DNA from: Cirrosporium novae-zelandiae
Taxonomy: Eukaryota
NCBI GenBank assembly: GCA_026023565.1
Contig: JAPETS010000001.1
Span: 1,240,001-1,304,000 of the forward strand
Reading direction: 5' to 3'
DNA length: 64,000 nucleotides
The notes under the pieces were generated by a model that was not told the origin of the DNA, did no database searches, and worked only from the letters and a program-made list of their open reading frames with translations. Every line of letters begins with the position of its first letter. Position 1 is the stretch's first letter. Positions 1 to 14,096 of this stretch are shown here, in pieces. The translations under genes and the position numbers were made by a program.

Positions 1-302
1 GCTTGCAAACGGGTGTCCCCTGGCAACTGAAGTTAAAATCAACAAACGCATTTTCCCCAAATCCCAAATCTACATATACATAGAAAAGACTTCGATTCCT
101 TCTCGTATCATCTACTTGAGCATTCTCACCGCTTAACAACTTTTCTCTTTCGTTTACTATCAATTAGTTATTTGCCATTGGATTGACCTTACTGCGCTCT
201 AACCAATATCTCCTAGACTGGCTGTCCCGACTCCCTAGAGCGTAGACTCGAAATCAATTTTGGCCGGCTGAGCATATTGCTGGGAGTCCAGCTTTTGTCA
301 CA

Positions 303-2890
303 ATGGATACTTCATACCTAACAACACAAATTGGCAATATCATCGACCAGCTTCATGGATTATTTGACGACATTGGAGTTCCTAATCATGAACGAAACAC
401 ACGAGAAACAGAGGTAGTCCTCTAAATCACGCTTCCAAGATGGGCATAAACTAATGCGACCAACAGTTATATAAAGCTCTATCAGATGCTTTACAGAATC
501 ACCTACGCCATGTGACATCGTGAGTACTTCTTTTGCCCCTAATGTTTAACAATTGGGCTGACTCTATACAGAGAGAAGAATGATATGATTGAAGAAGTAA
601 ACAACATTATAAAAACCATAAAACAAATGGCAACATCCCTAAATGACAACAAGAATGGCAAATACGACCTTAACGATGATGAACTAAAAGTTTCATTTCC
701 TCTAACCCAATGTTTACAATCATTGAAAGAGAAGCACAACAGCATTAGCAGAATACATCGCGAACGATATGAGCAAGTTAAAAGTAGGTGAAGGCTAATT
801 AGACACCTTTATAATTCTAATCATTTATAGAACTCGTCGAAGCGCTCCAGTCATACTCATCACACCTTGAGCCATCTTTTGTGAAAATCCCACTTCCTCC
901 TACTTCAACGAATGGCTCTTGCCCCCCAACATTTGACCTCTCACCTTCTTATGTTGAAGCCCTTGACAATGAATTTACGTCTGTCTATGAAGAGTATATG
1001 CGCCGTGTCGACGTGACCAAGAAGGTCGCCGAAGAAATTGTAAAGCTATGGGCCGAACTCGGCACACCACAAGCTCAGACAGATGGCGCAATCGTCAAAA
1101 ATTGGCGCGACACTCCAGAGCAGCTTGGGCTGCATGAGGATGATATTATTAGACTACAAAGTAAAAGAGACAGGCTTTCGGACGAAAAGAAGTCTCGCGA
1201 ACGAAAACTAAAAGACTTGAAGACCACAATTGAAGGCCTCTGGGATCGCCTTGGAGTGGAAGAAAGGGATAGAAAGGCATTCCTCGCTGCCAACCGCGGC
1301 TGTGGTCTTCGCAACTTGAACGAATTTGACCGTGAATTAAACAGACTCAATGAACTCAAGAGACAAAATCTCCACTTGTTTGTGGAAGACGCAAGGTGCA
1401 AATTGCAAGAACTTTGGGATGCTCTGTATTTCTCTGAGGAAGAGATGCTCGACTTCACTCCTGCCTTTTCCGATGTTTGCAGTGACGCTCTCTTGTCCGC
1501 TCATGAAGCTGAAATTGAACGGCTTGAAGCTTTGAAAGAACAACGCACTCCCACGCTCCACCTAATCGACCGCCATCGCTCTATACTCCAGGACAAGGAA
1601 GCATTAGCCGCATCGAGCCAGGATGCCTCTCGCTTGACGGCTCGTGGTGCCAAGGGCGAGAGACGGGATCCAACGCGTCTATTGCGTGAGGAGAAGATGC
1701 GAAAAAGGATTACCAAGGAGCTACCGAAGGTGGAAGCCGAACTGCGGAAGGCTCTAGAACGCTGGGAAGATGAATACGGCAGGCCATTTCTCGTACATGG
1801 AGAAAGATATCTTGATGAATTAACCGCTCCTACTTCCAGGGCCCCTCCTCCAAGGCCCAAGACCGCGGCCGGCCATCGTCCTCCAACTCGAATGGGAACT
1901 ACAACTACAACTACAACAGTGCCAACAAAAACCGGGTCGCCTACGAAACGCCCTGGTCACTCGTCCTCAAACTCTGTACCCTCACGTGCAAACTCTGTGC
2001 CATCACGTGCAGGTGCGAAGACACCAACTGGACGACGTACCCCTGGATACGCCACTGTAAAGACCCCAACAAGCACATACAGCTCTGGCACTACATACAG
2101 CTCTAGCACTTATGGAGGGAATACTTCAAGCCACAATCTTGCATCGTCAACATCTTCGGGCGGAAGAACTCCATCCAGGATTCCAGCGCGTGTTCCTCTA
2201 GGTAGCATGAGGCAATCACCAGAGCGCCGTCCACCTCTCGAGCAGCACCAACCTTACGCTTATGGTACCATGCGCAAGATGGGACCACCCAAGGCGCCGC
2301 CACCAAGGATGCGTGACATATTCCAAATTCCAAAGGAACAGCCATCGCACGAAAATTCCCGTGAGAATTTACGTCCCGCAAGCGTTCTCTCTTCATCAGA
2401 CGGAAGTGTTAGACACATCGAACCTGAAGATATCTATGACGATCGATCGCAGAGATCATATTTGATGTCGTCAACCCTGATGTCTTCAACTATCCGTGAG
2501 GCGACCCCACAAACCTGGCGTGATCTACATAATGTGTCTGCCCAAGGTTACTACCCATCAGATCACCATAGTTATGATTCATCTTCAAATAGCGGTAGTC
2601 GACAATTCTCAAATTCTACTACAACGAACACCGCAGCCACCAGCGGCAGCGAAAACTGGGAAACATTTGATGACAATAGCGAACCAGAGGAGGATGCCAC
2701 GGAAGCATATTATGCCAAAGTCAAGGCTGCTCAAAGTAAACGTTATACGCCTCACGGTGGATATGGCGATCATTCTGGTGGTAAGAAGCTCAAGGGTGGT
2801 TATGCAGGTGCCGTAGTGATCGACGATGAAACAGGAAGAGTCGTTAGTGGAAGCGACGCAGGATGGACTGATGACGGGAGTGCTTATTAA
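303..2890 (+). CDS. ASE1: Microtubule-bundling protein Ase1/PRC1/MAP65 family; exons 303-413, 467-519, 572-783, 831-2890
   Basis: ATG at 303 (MDTSYLTTQIG) and three GT-AG introns join it to the 881..2890 ORF. Coiled-coil core with LQELWDALYFSEEE and RLLREEKMRKRI motifs typical of Ase1; S/T/P-rich tail. Confidence 0.9.
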
Positions 2891-5405
2891 TAAAGTTCAC
2901 GGATATCCTATCGTGATTATTTTCTTCTTTTAATTTTGTTCTAGCTATTGGATGGCTTTGTCTATCTATTGTTGTTGTTTTTACTTTTGGTCTTCTAGGA
3001 GGTTTCTTGCACTGGGATGGTTTCTATTTCACCTCAAAGGCCAAACTATCCATGATTCTTCATTTCAAGAGTCAAAGCTGACTGGTTTAGCTGGTAGCTG
3101 GCTGGTGACTGGTGGCTGGCGGCTGACTGACTATCTATCTTTTCTTGGCGGTGCTTTTTTGTCATTGTACTACTTTTCCTCCTCTTTTTTTTTTACTTCT
3201 CTTCTTCTACAATATATCCTCGTATCAGCGTCAGGGCCATCCATTATTGAAGTTGCAGGGGCGGGCTAGATGTCGATGCCAGGGTGGATCCGCCACGTAC
3301 GATATTCTGATTGATTGATTGATTGATTGATGCTGCTATGGTAAGAAAATGGTTGCAATGGAATGGAAACATAGCCTGTCTATTCTGGAGTAGATTGGTG
3401 GAACTTTTGCTTTTTTTGTTGTTTTTATGTATTTTAGCCTTGGCGTTGGTGTATATAGCTATCCGTCCGCGACTGGTCAGGTTTGGTTAGGTTAGGCAGG
3501 CAGCTCTTGATCAATGTTAAAGGTTCTGATATTCAAATTTGTAAAGTTGTCGATCTTTGCGTTCTAGTTGACATCTGTCGATCCATTTATCTCGGTTGAT
3601 GGTTAGATCAAAAGGTCTATTACCTACCTCCCTAGTTGCAATAAACAATAAAGATCTGATGTCAAATATAACGTTAATCATGGGAGAGCAGCGCGTAAAA
3701 ACCAATGAAGAAAACCTTCAAGATACCAATCCACCTTCCTATTTCCATTTCCAGCATGGTTGTAAAAAATAAGAGTTCCTAAGTCCACACGGTAGGCAAC
3801 CTTCATCAACTCTATATAGCTCGTCCGAAATCGGAATTGCTATAATTAACCAAACATATATCCCTTTTCCGCTTATGATAAATGAAAGTTGATTTCAAAC
3901 CTTTCGTGAATGGGGAGCGCTCAAGTTTGTTTGTTTGCTTGCTATGCTATGTATGGGTCCTATAAGCCTGTATATAGGCTGGTAGGAAACATGACTTTCT
4001 CCTTTTTGATATTCTTGCCAGGGAAAATAAAGAAAGAAAAATCTTGTTAAGGCTGTTTAATCCTTGGGAAGAGTACCCTTGTTGTTTTGGAGGAGGCTGT
4101 TGAGATTTTGTGCGAAACACTCTCCTAGACATCAATATTATAACTACTTTGTTGGATCTTAGTCTCCTTCTTGGGGTTTGGCTTGAATCCTTTGATTGCG
4201 AGTACAGCGTTAAAACACCCCTTGCGGGTGAGTATCTTTCCAAAACCGAGCTGATGGCAAGCGTGCCTCCTCGGATATTTTGGCTAGGGCTTATGAATAG
4301 AACAAGAATCATTTTTTAAATGATGTCTATGTTAGAGGCAGATGGTCTTTGTTATATAAGTATTAGAAGAAGAAAAAGAAGCAAATAGGTGTGTATTGAG
4401 TTACCACACCAGCCATGATCTCATGATTTCTACGATCTCATAATTTAGTAAGAGTCACCACACCAGAGATGGGGTGAATTGTGTTGACAGAATAAAGGTA
4501 GAGATGTGGTCTACTAAGCCATTGAACTGATAACATATAAATTACCTTGGTAGATATAGGCAAGTACATTACTGAAAACAGTGAATGATTACGCACAAAT
4601 TAGTCTAGGTTCTGTTGAGAGTAGCAAAATAAGCATCAATAATGGGTGGTAAATATAGCTCTTGAGGATTAGAGCTGGCCAGGTGGTAGTTGCTGGGACA
4701 CCACCTTAACAACTAGAGATGACGATTTAGGATATAGGCCCTGAATTAAATCTTAACAACTCGAGGTTCCTGTTACACATCTGCACAATATTCCTTGTAT
4801 TGGCCGTTGATGGAGAATGTCAAGACCCAAACCAGGTTCTTTGAAAACCGCAGCATTAATGCGCCATCAAACTCCCTGACCAACACGGCCTAGATAGGGA
4901 ATGGCAGCCATCACTCTCCACATGTTTCTCATGATCCTTTAAATAGCTTTCTTGCTACCTCTCTCTTGTTAAGCTCGTCTATCAACTACCTTCGTCTCGA
5001 TGCTATGATAAAAAAGTATTTTATTAAGAACAATATCAACCCTTGCACAGGACGTACTTGAACTTTGACAAGTAGCAGAACAAACAGGTAAGCATAATTT
5101 AAGAGTTTTTAAACTTAGTCCTCTTCCTTGTCGTTGTTGTAGCGTAGAAGAAATATGATGGGATCCTAATAGAGTTGGTATCAAGACAGCACTATGGTAT
5201 GAAGAGTTATAAAGGTGGTCATAAAATTTAACGAAGGATAAGAAGGTAATAATTGAACATTGAAAAAATAAACCTGAAGAACAAAACAGCAAAAGTTCAG
5301 ATGCCCCCGGGACATCTTATGAAAACCCACCTGCGTGCAGGGTTTTCGGCCTTTGTTTTTTCTAGTATTGGTTGGTTGAATTTGAGCCTGGGGAGTATTG
5401 GGCCT

Positions 5406-5480
5406 GGAGCCTGGAGAATATTGACCCTGGAGAATATTGACCCTGGAGAGTATTGATCCTGGAGAGTATTGATCCTGGCT
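5406..5480. repeat. Tandem ~15-bp minisatellite (CCTGGAGARTATTGA, about 4 copies)
   Basis: Directly visible repeat units cctggagaatattga / cctggagagtattga. Confidence 0.85.
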
Positions 5481-5918
5481 AGATTTGAACTTGGGGACTC
5501 TGGAGTTTGGATTGTGTGGGTTGTTGTTTGCCAGTGGGCTATGACCCCCGTGGTTGGTTGTGGGTGTCATATCCCACTAGCAGAAAAATAGGAGAATATT
5601 GCAACATATAAGGAAAGAGAGATGACTGCGGCACTTTCATCTCCACCCACAAGCTGCAGCTCCTACCTTAACAATCAAGCATGTGTTCTTCCGCCTTCGT
5701 TCCTAGTCTTACTTCCATCTTCAACACCGAGACGTCCTCACCCCTCCGATACTCAGCTGGGCCACCCCGATATTCCAAAGGCGAAGATGAAATACTCTGT
5801 CTCACAAGCCCTGTCTCATCCTTTAACTTTAAATCCGGTCAAACTAACACGAAATCATATTGACAACAAAGCCTTCTCCCCTCCTTCGTCCAAAACACCT
5901 TCACTTCAGCCCGTCGTT

Positions 5919-6245
5919 ATGTTCTCAAGCCTAGAGGCATCTCCAAGCTTGCTCTTCAAACTTCCCCTCGAACGTATCGGTCAAATTATCGACTTTCTTC
6001 CAATCCCTACTATTTGCGCTCTCAAATTGGTCAGCCGCCATTTCCACGACCTTCTTTTTGAGAAGACGAAAACCTTCGATCGATCATGGATTTGGCAGTT
6101 TCTGCATTTTTCAGAAACGTAGCCTATAATTAAGGAGAAATCCAAGGACGAAGATGGCGGACTTACTTGCTATGCATGTTTGCATGTCTCACCAACTATC
6201 AGACTGCTCTTGTATGATTGCTGGATCCCGTATAAAAGGAGGTAA
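5919..6245 (+). pseudogene. F-box domain protein fragment, probable pseudogene
   Basis: SLLFKLPLERIGQIIDFLPIPTICALKLVSRHFHDL is an F-box motif. In-frame TAG at 6120-6122 is followed by a continuing frame ...GGLTCYACLHV, then another stop. Confidence 0.55.
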
Positions 6246-7088
6246 TTTGGCGTATGTGAGATACTACACTCGATGGTGGATATATTCTCCATCCTGCTGT
6301 GGGTTCAAGTATGGTCAAAGTAGCCTATGATGAGTCGACAGAAAATATCAACAACATGACCTTATGTCGGTAGAGCATGTAGCCGTTACAAAATCTAGCC
6401 GATGGAATTGATAGGCATTAGATTCTAAATGAATTTAATCAATGGATTAATAATGGGGGGATCCTATGAGTTCTTGATGGAAATGGATGAGGCAACCGAG
6501 AGAATTGTGGTTGACTTCGAGCTAACCGAATGGTGGTCTGACTTACACGCTCTTGGATTATCTGTTCTACTTGCTACTCCTGCTGTATATTCAATATACA
6601 TGGAAGTATGTGCATTCACGGCTAGCTCAATGAGATAATCTTGCTCCTTCGAGTCTCATCTCCTTACAGAAATATATTTTTTTAATCTGAACAACCCTTT
6701 TGCTCTCCTTTTACACTCCCAAACAGCTGATAATCAGATATTCTCTCGTTCCTTATCAATGATAAGACCTTGATTTCCAAGATCGCTCAAACCCGATCTA
6801 AGAAACTGCTGTTTACTCAGTTTGTATCGAGTAATATGGCTGACTATGTGGGACTATATCTCTCTAAGAGTGACGGATATCAATAGTTAACAACTAAAAT
6901 GAGACCGACTCACATAAGCACCCTCATCTACCGATAAGGGGATTCGTTCACTCCACCAAAAACCTGTAGGACACATTGTTAAAATCAGCCGATTCGCCAG
7001 TCATGGTTCACTTCCCACTCCATCGGTACCTGGTAGCAAGGTGTTTGTTTCTTCTTGTGACATCACTGCTTCGAGGAGGACAAGTCAG

Positions 7089-9204
7089 ATGGGATTAGTT
7101 TTCAATGTTACCCTGTTAGGGATTCTCCTACAGTTCGTGGGACTTGGAAGGGCTTCAAAATTCTTCACCTTCAATGGTATAAAATACTTTTCTGAAGACC
7201 GAATCGTTAGTACCTTAGGTGTTGATGCGTATCCTTTATCGTTGGGAGAGTCTGTTCCATTAACTGTTATTACTACCAATGGGACGACGCTTACAGCAGA
7301 CTTTCTGGAATCAATCATCCAAGCATACAGGAACGAAGACGATGTTTGGAGCCCGGCATTCTTGAAATGTATGTCAATTCCATTCCACCTCTTATAAGAC
7401 AATATTCTTATTACAGCGTTGACTGGGATTCTGACTCCATGCAGCCGTATATATTCAGTACTCTGGATCTGGTTCTAACGTTTCGCTGGGACCTGAGGCT
7501 ACCGCGATATTTAATCGCTATGGAGTCCATCTGACTATTTCATCACGATCTAATCCGAATGCTACCTTGGTGCCAAATGGACCATACATACTTTCTTCCA
7601 CAGGGAACATTCATCAGGTTTACCGACTATATGAAGACATTCAAGGGGCTTTCATCTACGGTACTATCCCAACAGAAAATGGAGGCTATACCTATGCCCC
7701 CAACTTCCCAGGGCAGGCCACTCAGTCAATTCCAGTACCATCGAGACTATATTTTGGTCCTAGGACGGCCGAAAAGCCTCTAAGTGGGGTACGTGTCGGC
7801 GTAAAAGACGTGTACGATATCAAAGGCCTAAAAACGGGGAGTGGGAGCAGAGCGTACTTTGAACTCTATCCGGAAAAGAACGCGAGTGCTCCAGCAGTAC
7901 AGCGGTTGTTTGATCTAGGTGCCATCCTGGTCGGTAAGACGAAAACATCTCAATTTGCCAACGGGGAGTCGCCCACAGCAGACTGGGTTGATATCCATGC
8001 TCCATTCAACCCACGTGGTGAAGGCTATCAGACCCCAAGCTCCTCTTCAGCCGGTAGCGCTGCTGGGCTCGCTGCATACGACTGGCTTGACCACACTATT
8101 GGTACTGATACTTCCGGAAGCATTCGGTTTCCAGCTGGGTATAATGGTCTTTATGGAGCTCGTGTTTCTACGGGCACAATATCAATGAACGCAACAACCC
8201 CAACGACGCCACAACTTGATATCGCTGGTGCATTTGCAAGAGATGCTAAGTCCTTGTCTTACTTTGCGAAAGCCTGGTATGGGCAAAACAGGTATAGAAC
8301 CTCAGCCACGCTTCTTTCTTCTCCCACTCCTAGGATTAGATGCATGGCAAGCTAATCGAAAGAATACAGATATCTAACCTATCCCTCTTTCCCCAAGAAG
8401 CTCCTCGTTGCCTCCAACAATACTATTGGTGGCTTTCCCGCGTCTCAAAACTCATCCCAAGCCATTTACTCCTCCTTCATCACTAAAGTCCAAAAGTTCC
8501 TCGGGGCGGAAAAAGAATATTTTAACATCCTTGACTTATGGGACCAGACCTCATCAATGGAGAAGGATCTCTACAGCTACGTAAACATGGTGACCTACTC
8601 TACATCCCTAAAGCTAAGTATAAAGCCCGTCAACTAACACCGACTTCCCTAGACCCACCTAAAAATAGCCTGGTATCAACAATACCACACCTTAGCCCTC
8701 CCCTTCTACGCTGCCTATGCAGCCGCCATTCCCAATTCCCCAAAGCCCTACGTAAATCCTAAATCACGCCTACAAGCCTGGTCCCTCGGCTCCAACTGGA
8801 CTTCGACAGACTTCGACGCGGCTCTAACCCAAAAAGCGACCTTCGCAACCTGGTGGCACTCGAATGCCCAGCACGCGGACAATAAAAGCTGCTCCGATAG
8901 CATCATGGTCTACCCAATGCAGATCGGGGTGCCAGCGTACCGGGACGAGTACTTCGAGATCACGGCGGTGAATGGCGCGTTTGCGTATAATCGCATTTCG
9001 ATCTTGGCGGAGGCACCGGATTTTGTAGTGCCGATTGGACAAGTAGCTTATTTTAGTGAGCTTAGCGAGACGGTGGAGTGGTTGCCGGTCAGTGTTTCGA
9101 TTGTGGCTAGAAAGGGATGTGATTATATGTTGTTTGACTTGCTGGCTGGGTTGCAGGAGGCGGGGATTTTGAAGGGGGTGAAGACTGGGAGGAGAACGTT
9201 CTGA
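7089..9204 (+). CDS. Secreted amidase-signature family protein; exons 7089-7368, 7417-8291, 8370-8589, 8653-9204
   Basis: Hydrophobic N-terminal signal (MGLVFNVTLLGILLQFVGLGRA). Amidase triad motifs VGVKD, PSSSSAGSAAG and GTDTSGSIRFPA. Three GT-AG introns keep the frame. Confidence 0.85.
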
Positions 9205-9828
9205 AGGGAGGGGGAAATAGATATAATTTTAACTCACATGGTCATCGTCGCTGGAGAATACATTCTCGCATGGCCGAAGATGGAAAGATGTGGAGGATCG
9301 ACAAAAAAGAAGTCTTGGCGACTCTGATGCTTGTTCACTTTACTTGAAGATTAAAACATCTTGGCTCACCCCACCGCTGTAATCTGTAACTTGTAGTTTG
9401 GCTCCATTCCGCCTTTCCTTTCATAATTATTATTCCCTCTTTCCCTCTTTCCCTCTTTCCCTCTTTCCCTCATTCTCATTTTCCCGAACTTATTCTGAAA
9501 CATGAAACACGAGAGAATTTTCTTCTTCAATATAATAACCTAACCCACAGGGTCATTCTCTGTCATCCCATATAAAGCTATATTAATTAGTACAGTTAAA
9601 TTGCCCCTACTAACAATGAAACATGGCAATCACGAAGAAGCAAAAATGCAAACAATTCATTTTATATAAAAAAAGAAATATCCTATTTTCCTTTTTTGCA
9701 GAGTGGCATAGTCCATCACCATCATCAACAATCGTTGTCGTCATCAACAAACGCAACCCCTTTTAATATAACGATTTTCTTCTTTTTCTTCTTTCCAGAA
9801 TAAAAATAAAATAAAATATCTCAACAAT

Positions 9829-10621
9829 ATGAAATTCTCCATCCTTCCCCCCTCCATCCTTCTCCTCCTCTTATCAACCGCTACCTCCGCCACCCCCTCC
9901 TTCCACCATATCCACACCACCCGTCAAACAAACCAATTCCACATCGGGGTCGAAACCCCAACATCCCTCGGCACCTCCACCTCCCCTTACGCAGGCCAAA
10001 CCCTCTTCCTAAAAAAACACCAACTAGTTTCCAAAAACAGTACCGATGGAGCCGCAGCTGCGTATTTTGATGCCGATGTCCTCAAGGTTAGTTAGTTATT
10101 AAAAAAATATTTATAATTTAAACCAAAACCATGTCCAAATCAATCGTTAAATACTAATGTCTATAATCCCTTCTTTTCAAATAAATAGTTCCTCAAAGCA
10201 GACAGTACAATTTGGTCTCTCACAATCCCTTCGAGCACGGGTCCCGTTGTCGTGAGCGCTGCTGATGGAACGGAAGGTCTGGGTTACAATCTTCACTACG
10301 AGGATCAGGATGGTATTGGATCCGTGGATGATAGTTTTCAGGGGTGGTATATTTGTACGTCTGGTTCCCAATTCATTCCTAATTCCCCAATCCCCATCTC
10401 ATTTGCCAATACCTCCTCCCCATTATTCAGAATCGCTCAAAAAAAATCCCCCACCCAAGTCTATTATTATTATTATGATTAATCTCTTTCTCTCTCTCTC
10501 CCTCTTAGGTCCTGGAAAGGGTATTAATGGTCTTCCTCGGCTTTACGCGGCCATTGATTCTACTGATGGGCTTCCTGATGTTGGATGTGGGGAGGTCAAG
10601 TTGGATAAGGTTGATATGTGA
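9829..10621 (+). CDS. Small secreted protein (~178 aa, 2 Cys), possibly cell-wall PhiA-like; exons 9829-10086, 10189-10354, 10509-10621
   Basis: Signal peptide MKFSILPPSILLLLLSTATSA. Splicing gives ...FQGWYICPGKG...DVGCGEVKLDKVDM*. The family label is tentative. Confidence 0.65.
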
Positions 10622-10760
10622 TTTTTGGGGGGCCTTTCGGGGGTCGGGGGGAGGAGTTGGCGGGTGTTATTAGTTATTGGTTATTGGTTATTGCTACGGG
10701 CATAGGCATGGATATGGATTAAACTGGGTTAGGTTGGGTAGATGGATATATATCTACGTC

Positions 10761-10883
10761 ACATACACACATCCATACACACATCCATACACACATATAC
10801 ATACACACATCCATACACACATCCATACACACATCCATACACACATATACATACACACATCCATACACACATACATACATACA
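10761..10883. repeat. CA-rich minisatellite (ACACATCCATAC-like units)
   Basis: Directly visible tandem degenerate 10-12 bp units. Confidence 0.9.
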
Positions 10884-11778
10884 CGCAATCAGCTTAAAAA
10901 ATCAAAGTTAGAGGAACAAACCTCCCATACTCCATACTCCATACTCATAATAAATAACATAACATCGGGTTCTATTTTTTTTTTAAATTAATCGCTCTCC
11001 TACAGTAGACTCTATCTACAAATTTGTATTAGACTACTCACACGGTACTGGGGCTAGTTGATCAAAGAATGAGGGAGAGAGTGGAGAGGGGAAAGGGAAG
11101 ACATGAAATGGCTAGAAGTGGGGGTCGGGGGATGTAAGTATAAACATGGACGATCATGTCACGTACTGGTTGGTCATCAAAAGATCAAAAGTGATGGTGG
11201 GGGGGAAGGGATCAGCGGACCGCGTCTGTCGGAAAGAATAGTAACATACATGTCTGTTGGTTGTATCTGCGTGGTGGGTGGGATGTGCGTTTATTCATAT
11301 AATTACATATATCTAACGGATCTGAGATAAATATAACAGGCAAGAGAATACAAGATGGTGGTAGTAATTACAGTTCGCTTTGCATCAGGCACGATAGGAG
11401 GGCAAGTCGTGTTACGAGAAACATCAACCAAGGAACTTAAGACTCCTCAGTATAGTTCCCAGATTCAATCTTACAGCCCCTCAGGATACTCATTCTCAAG
11501 GGTAAGGTTGAGATATTTTATACTAAATTGGAAAGAGTAAATACCACTTCCGCCTTAGAAGACCAGCCCAAAAATTCCAGTCGGAGCTACGTCTAGGTAT
11601 CAAAATACATGTCCATTGCATAAGGCGACCCAGCCGCATAAATTGGAGGCATATCCTTATCAAACAAGGCCTCATGGTTTATCATCATCGCTTCCCCTAT
11701 AAGTTTAAAACAAAAAGACCAAATGCTAAAATCACACTGTCGTAGAATTTCGTATTCCCTTTAACCATAAGTAGGATT

Positions 11779-12797
11779 CTACCATCTGATGACCTTGTTT
11801 GGAAAGTACTCGTTAATGAGTTCCATGTAGTATGGCTAATAGAAAAGATTAGTTGTTACCCTAGAAGATAAAAGGAACCATTCTAGCTTACCTTTAGTTC
11901 CTCCACACTTGGCATGCCATCGCTCTTACTGTACAAATCATATGGGTTGAAAGCCTTAACGGCCTTCAACATTTTCTCGTCATGCTCATTCATCAATTCG
12001 TGGTAGCCACCAGCCGAGTGCCAAGGATAGAAAGAGTGGTATCTGATCATGGCCAAAGCCTCGTCTGGGAGTGTAGACTGCTCCCTGCAGATATGATATA
12101 GATACTCGTCATGACCCCATGAAAGCATCACATTATCCAAACCACACCCAGGGTTATAAATGCCATACTTCGTGCTGTAGATGGGATCTTTGGTGTCTGG
12201 GTTGTCGGAAAAGGAGCCTGGATAGATGATGCTCTTGTCGAAAGCACATCCGACGGGGAAAGTATCACCGACAACATCCCATTGTCCCTGGGCATCAAAG
12301 AAGAACAGCAGTTTCCCGAGATCGTGAACAAGACCAGTTAACTGGAACCATTTGGGTTTGCCATCTCGTCGGATAGCTTCTGCAGATTGAAGGAGATGCT
12401 GAATTTGGGACAGTTCGGTATCGGGGTCAGATTCATCGATAAGGGTGTTAAGCTTCTCCATAGCTTCCCAGATGGTCATCTCAGCTCTGACCTTGGATCT
12501 GAAGTCATTGCGTGCTTTCAAGTTGTATGCAACGGTCTGCTTGGTGTGCTGTTCCTTATAAAAATTCTTGACCCGATCGCAGGCATCCTCATAGTTACGG
12601 AACTGAGTCTTGTCCTTTTCAGCATCAAATTGACTTTTCTCATAGATACTCTTCTCTTCTTCAGTAGCAGTACCGTTCTCAACCCTCAGCTTGGCCTTGA
12701 GAAAGTTGACCTCCTGGATATCATCCGTGGTCTTCTCGAGCGCTTGACCGTCGCGCTCGGTATTAAAGACGTTTGAATCAAGGCGTGGTCCAACCAT
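11779..12797 (-). CDS. MIOX: myo-Inositol oxygenase; exons 12797-11892, 11835-11779
   Basis: DESDPD, HLLQSAEAIR, HDLGK, VVGDTFPVGC, SWGHDEY, IRYHSFYPWH and FNPYDLYSK motifs. The last exon encodes PYYMELINEYFPNKVIRW*. Confidence 0.95.
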
Positions 12798-14096
12798 TTT
12801 AGCGATTGTTGTAAGGTATGGTATGATATATTCGAAGTGAAAAAAAATGTCTGATTGATTTAGAGATAGCTTCAACCAGTGATGCTCTGAATATATAAGG
12901 GATAAGAGATGAGTGATAGGAGGGTAAGAGGATAAAAGCGAGTATGGGGATCAAACTACAAGGAGACCTCAGGTCTTTATGGATTTTTATGGATGGCAAG
13001 CCTTCCAGATTGGCGGCGAGAAACAAATACAGAGATACAACAAAACAACTGGGTCCGAGGGATTTATCTGGCCACAAGAGTTCAGATTGAGGGTTTCCAT
13101 TCCATACCTTGCATCCATCGCCTGATGTTTCCGGCCGTTAGACAATGGTGTCTTGAAAAGATTTCCAATCTGGTTTGTTTAGAAGGATATTGGTCTATCA
13201 GTTATGGTGCAAAAATCTCCAAATTCCTTATGTACAACCTTCAGATGCTTGAATGGATGTGGGATGTGGGGGGGGCTTTGGGGGTTGAACGGAACTGGGC
13301 ACTGCGTGATGATGACAGGCGTCAGTCTAATGGCTGAAAGTGACAGGAACAGGGGAGGGGGAAACCTACCTCTTTGAACAAGAACGGAAGAGTCATTCTC
13401 TTTTTCCATGATGGCTGATTGTGGGAATTCTCGCCGAGAAAGGGACTTTCGGGGGAAGTCTTTCTCCTCTTCACATGAATCGGACCCTAAAACCCCGAGA
13501 GAGGAGCAGGACACGCGTGAATAACTCAACCCCACATTGTGACTAGGGTCCTAGCTACTCGAGTATTTATATTATAACCGATAATTTCCACTTTCGTCGT
13601 CATTCTTCTCCATCCCACTGTGGTCAATAGTAATTATAAGGTTAGCATGCATGGGCTAGAAAAGCGGGTTTTTGTGGGATAATCTAGAGAGAGATGGGTA
13701 GAGTTAAAATCCGGGGTTGACCTGCTTCTTTTGTTTAATATTTGCATTTTAATTACTGTGTGTATAGGTTAACCCTCGATGGACTATTGAATTAACGTTT
13801 GCCCTGAATAATTACTCAAATATGTAATCTAATTATTATTGTCAAAGAAGAAATGATTCAGGATATTCGCCTCAAGTGAAAATTATTTCTCCGCCCTTTT
13901 CTCGGCCTTCGGGTGAGATGACGGATATGATATGCCCCTCCCCCCCCCCCACACACGCTGAGGGGCTACCATATATCTCCTGTCCGATAACCAAGTCTAC
14001 TCTAGTAATTTTTATTCTCCATCATCATATATTCAATATTCAATCCAGCTGTAACAACAAACCATACCAATTGAAATTATATCCCAACAATCCATC

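Noticed and set aside
5406..5480. Repeat array as CRISPR-like
   Set aside because: Adjacent tandem units without spacers, in a eukaryotic genome.
10677..10991. His/Thr/Ile repeat ORF
   Set aside because: Translation of the CA-rich minisatellite.
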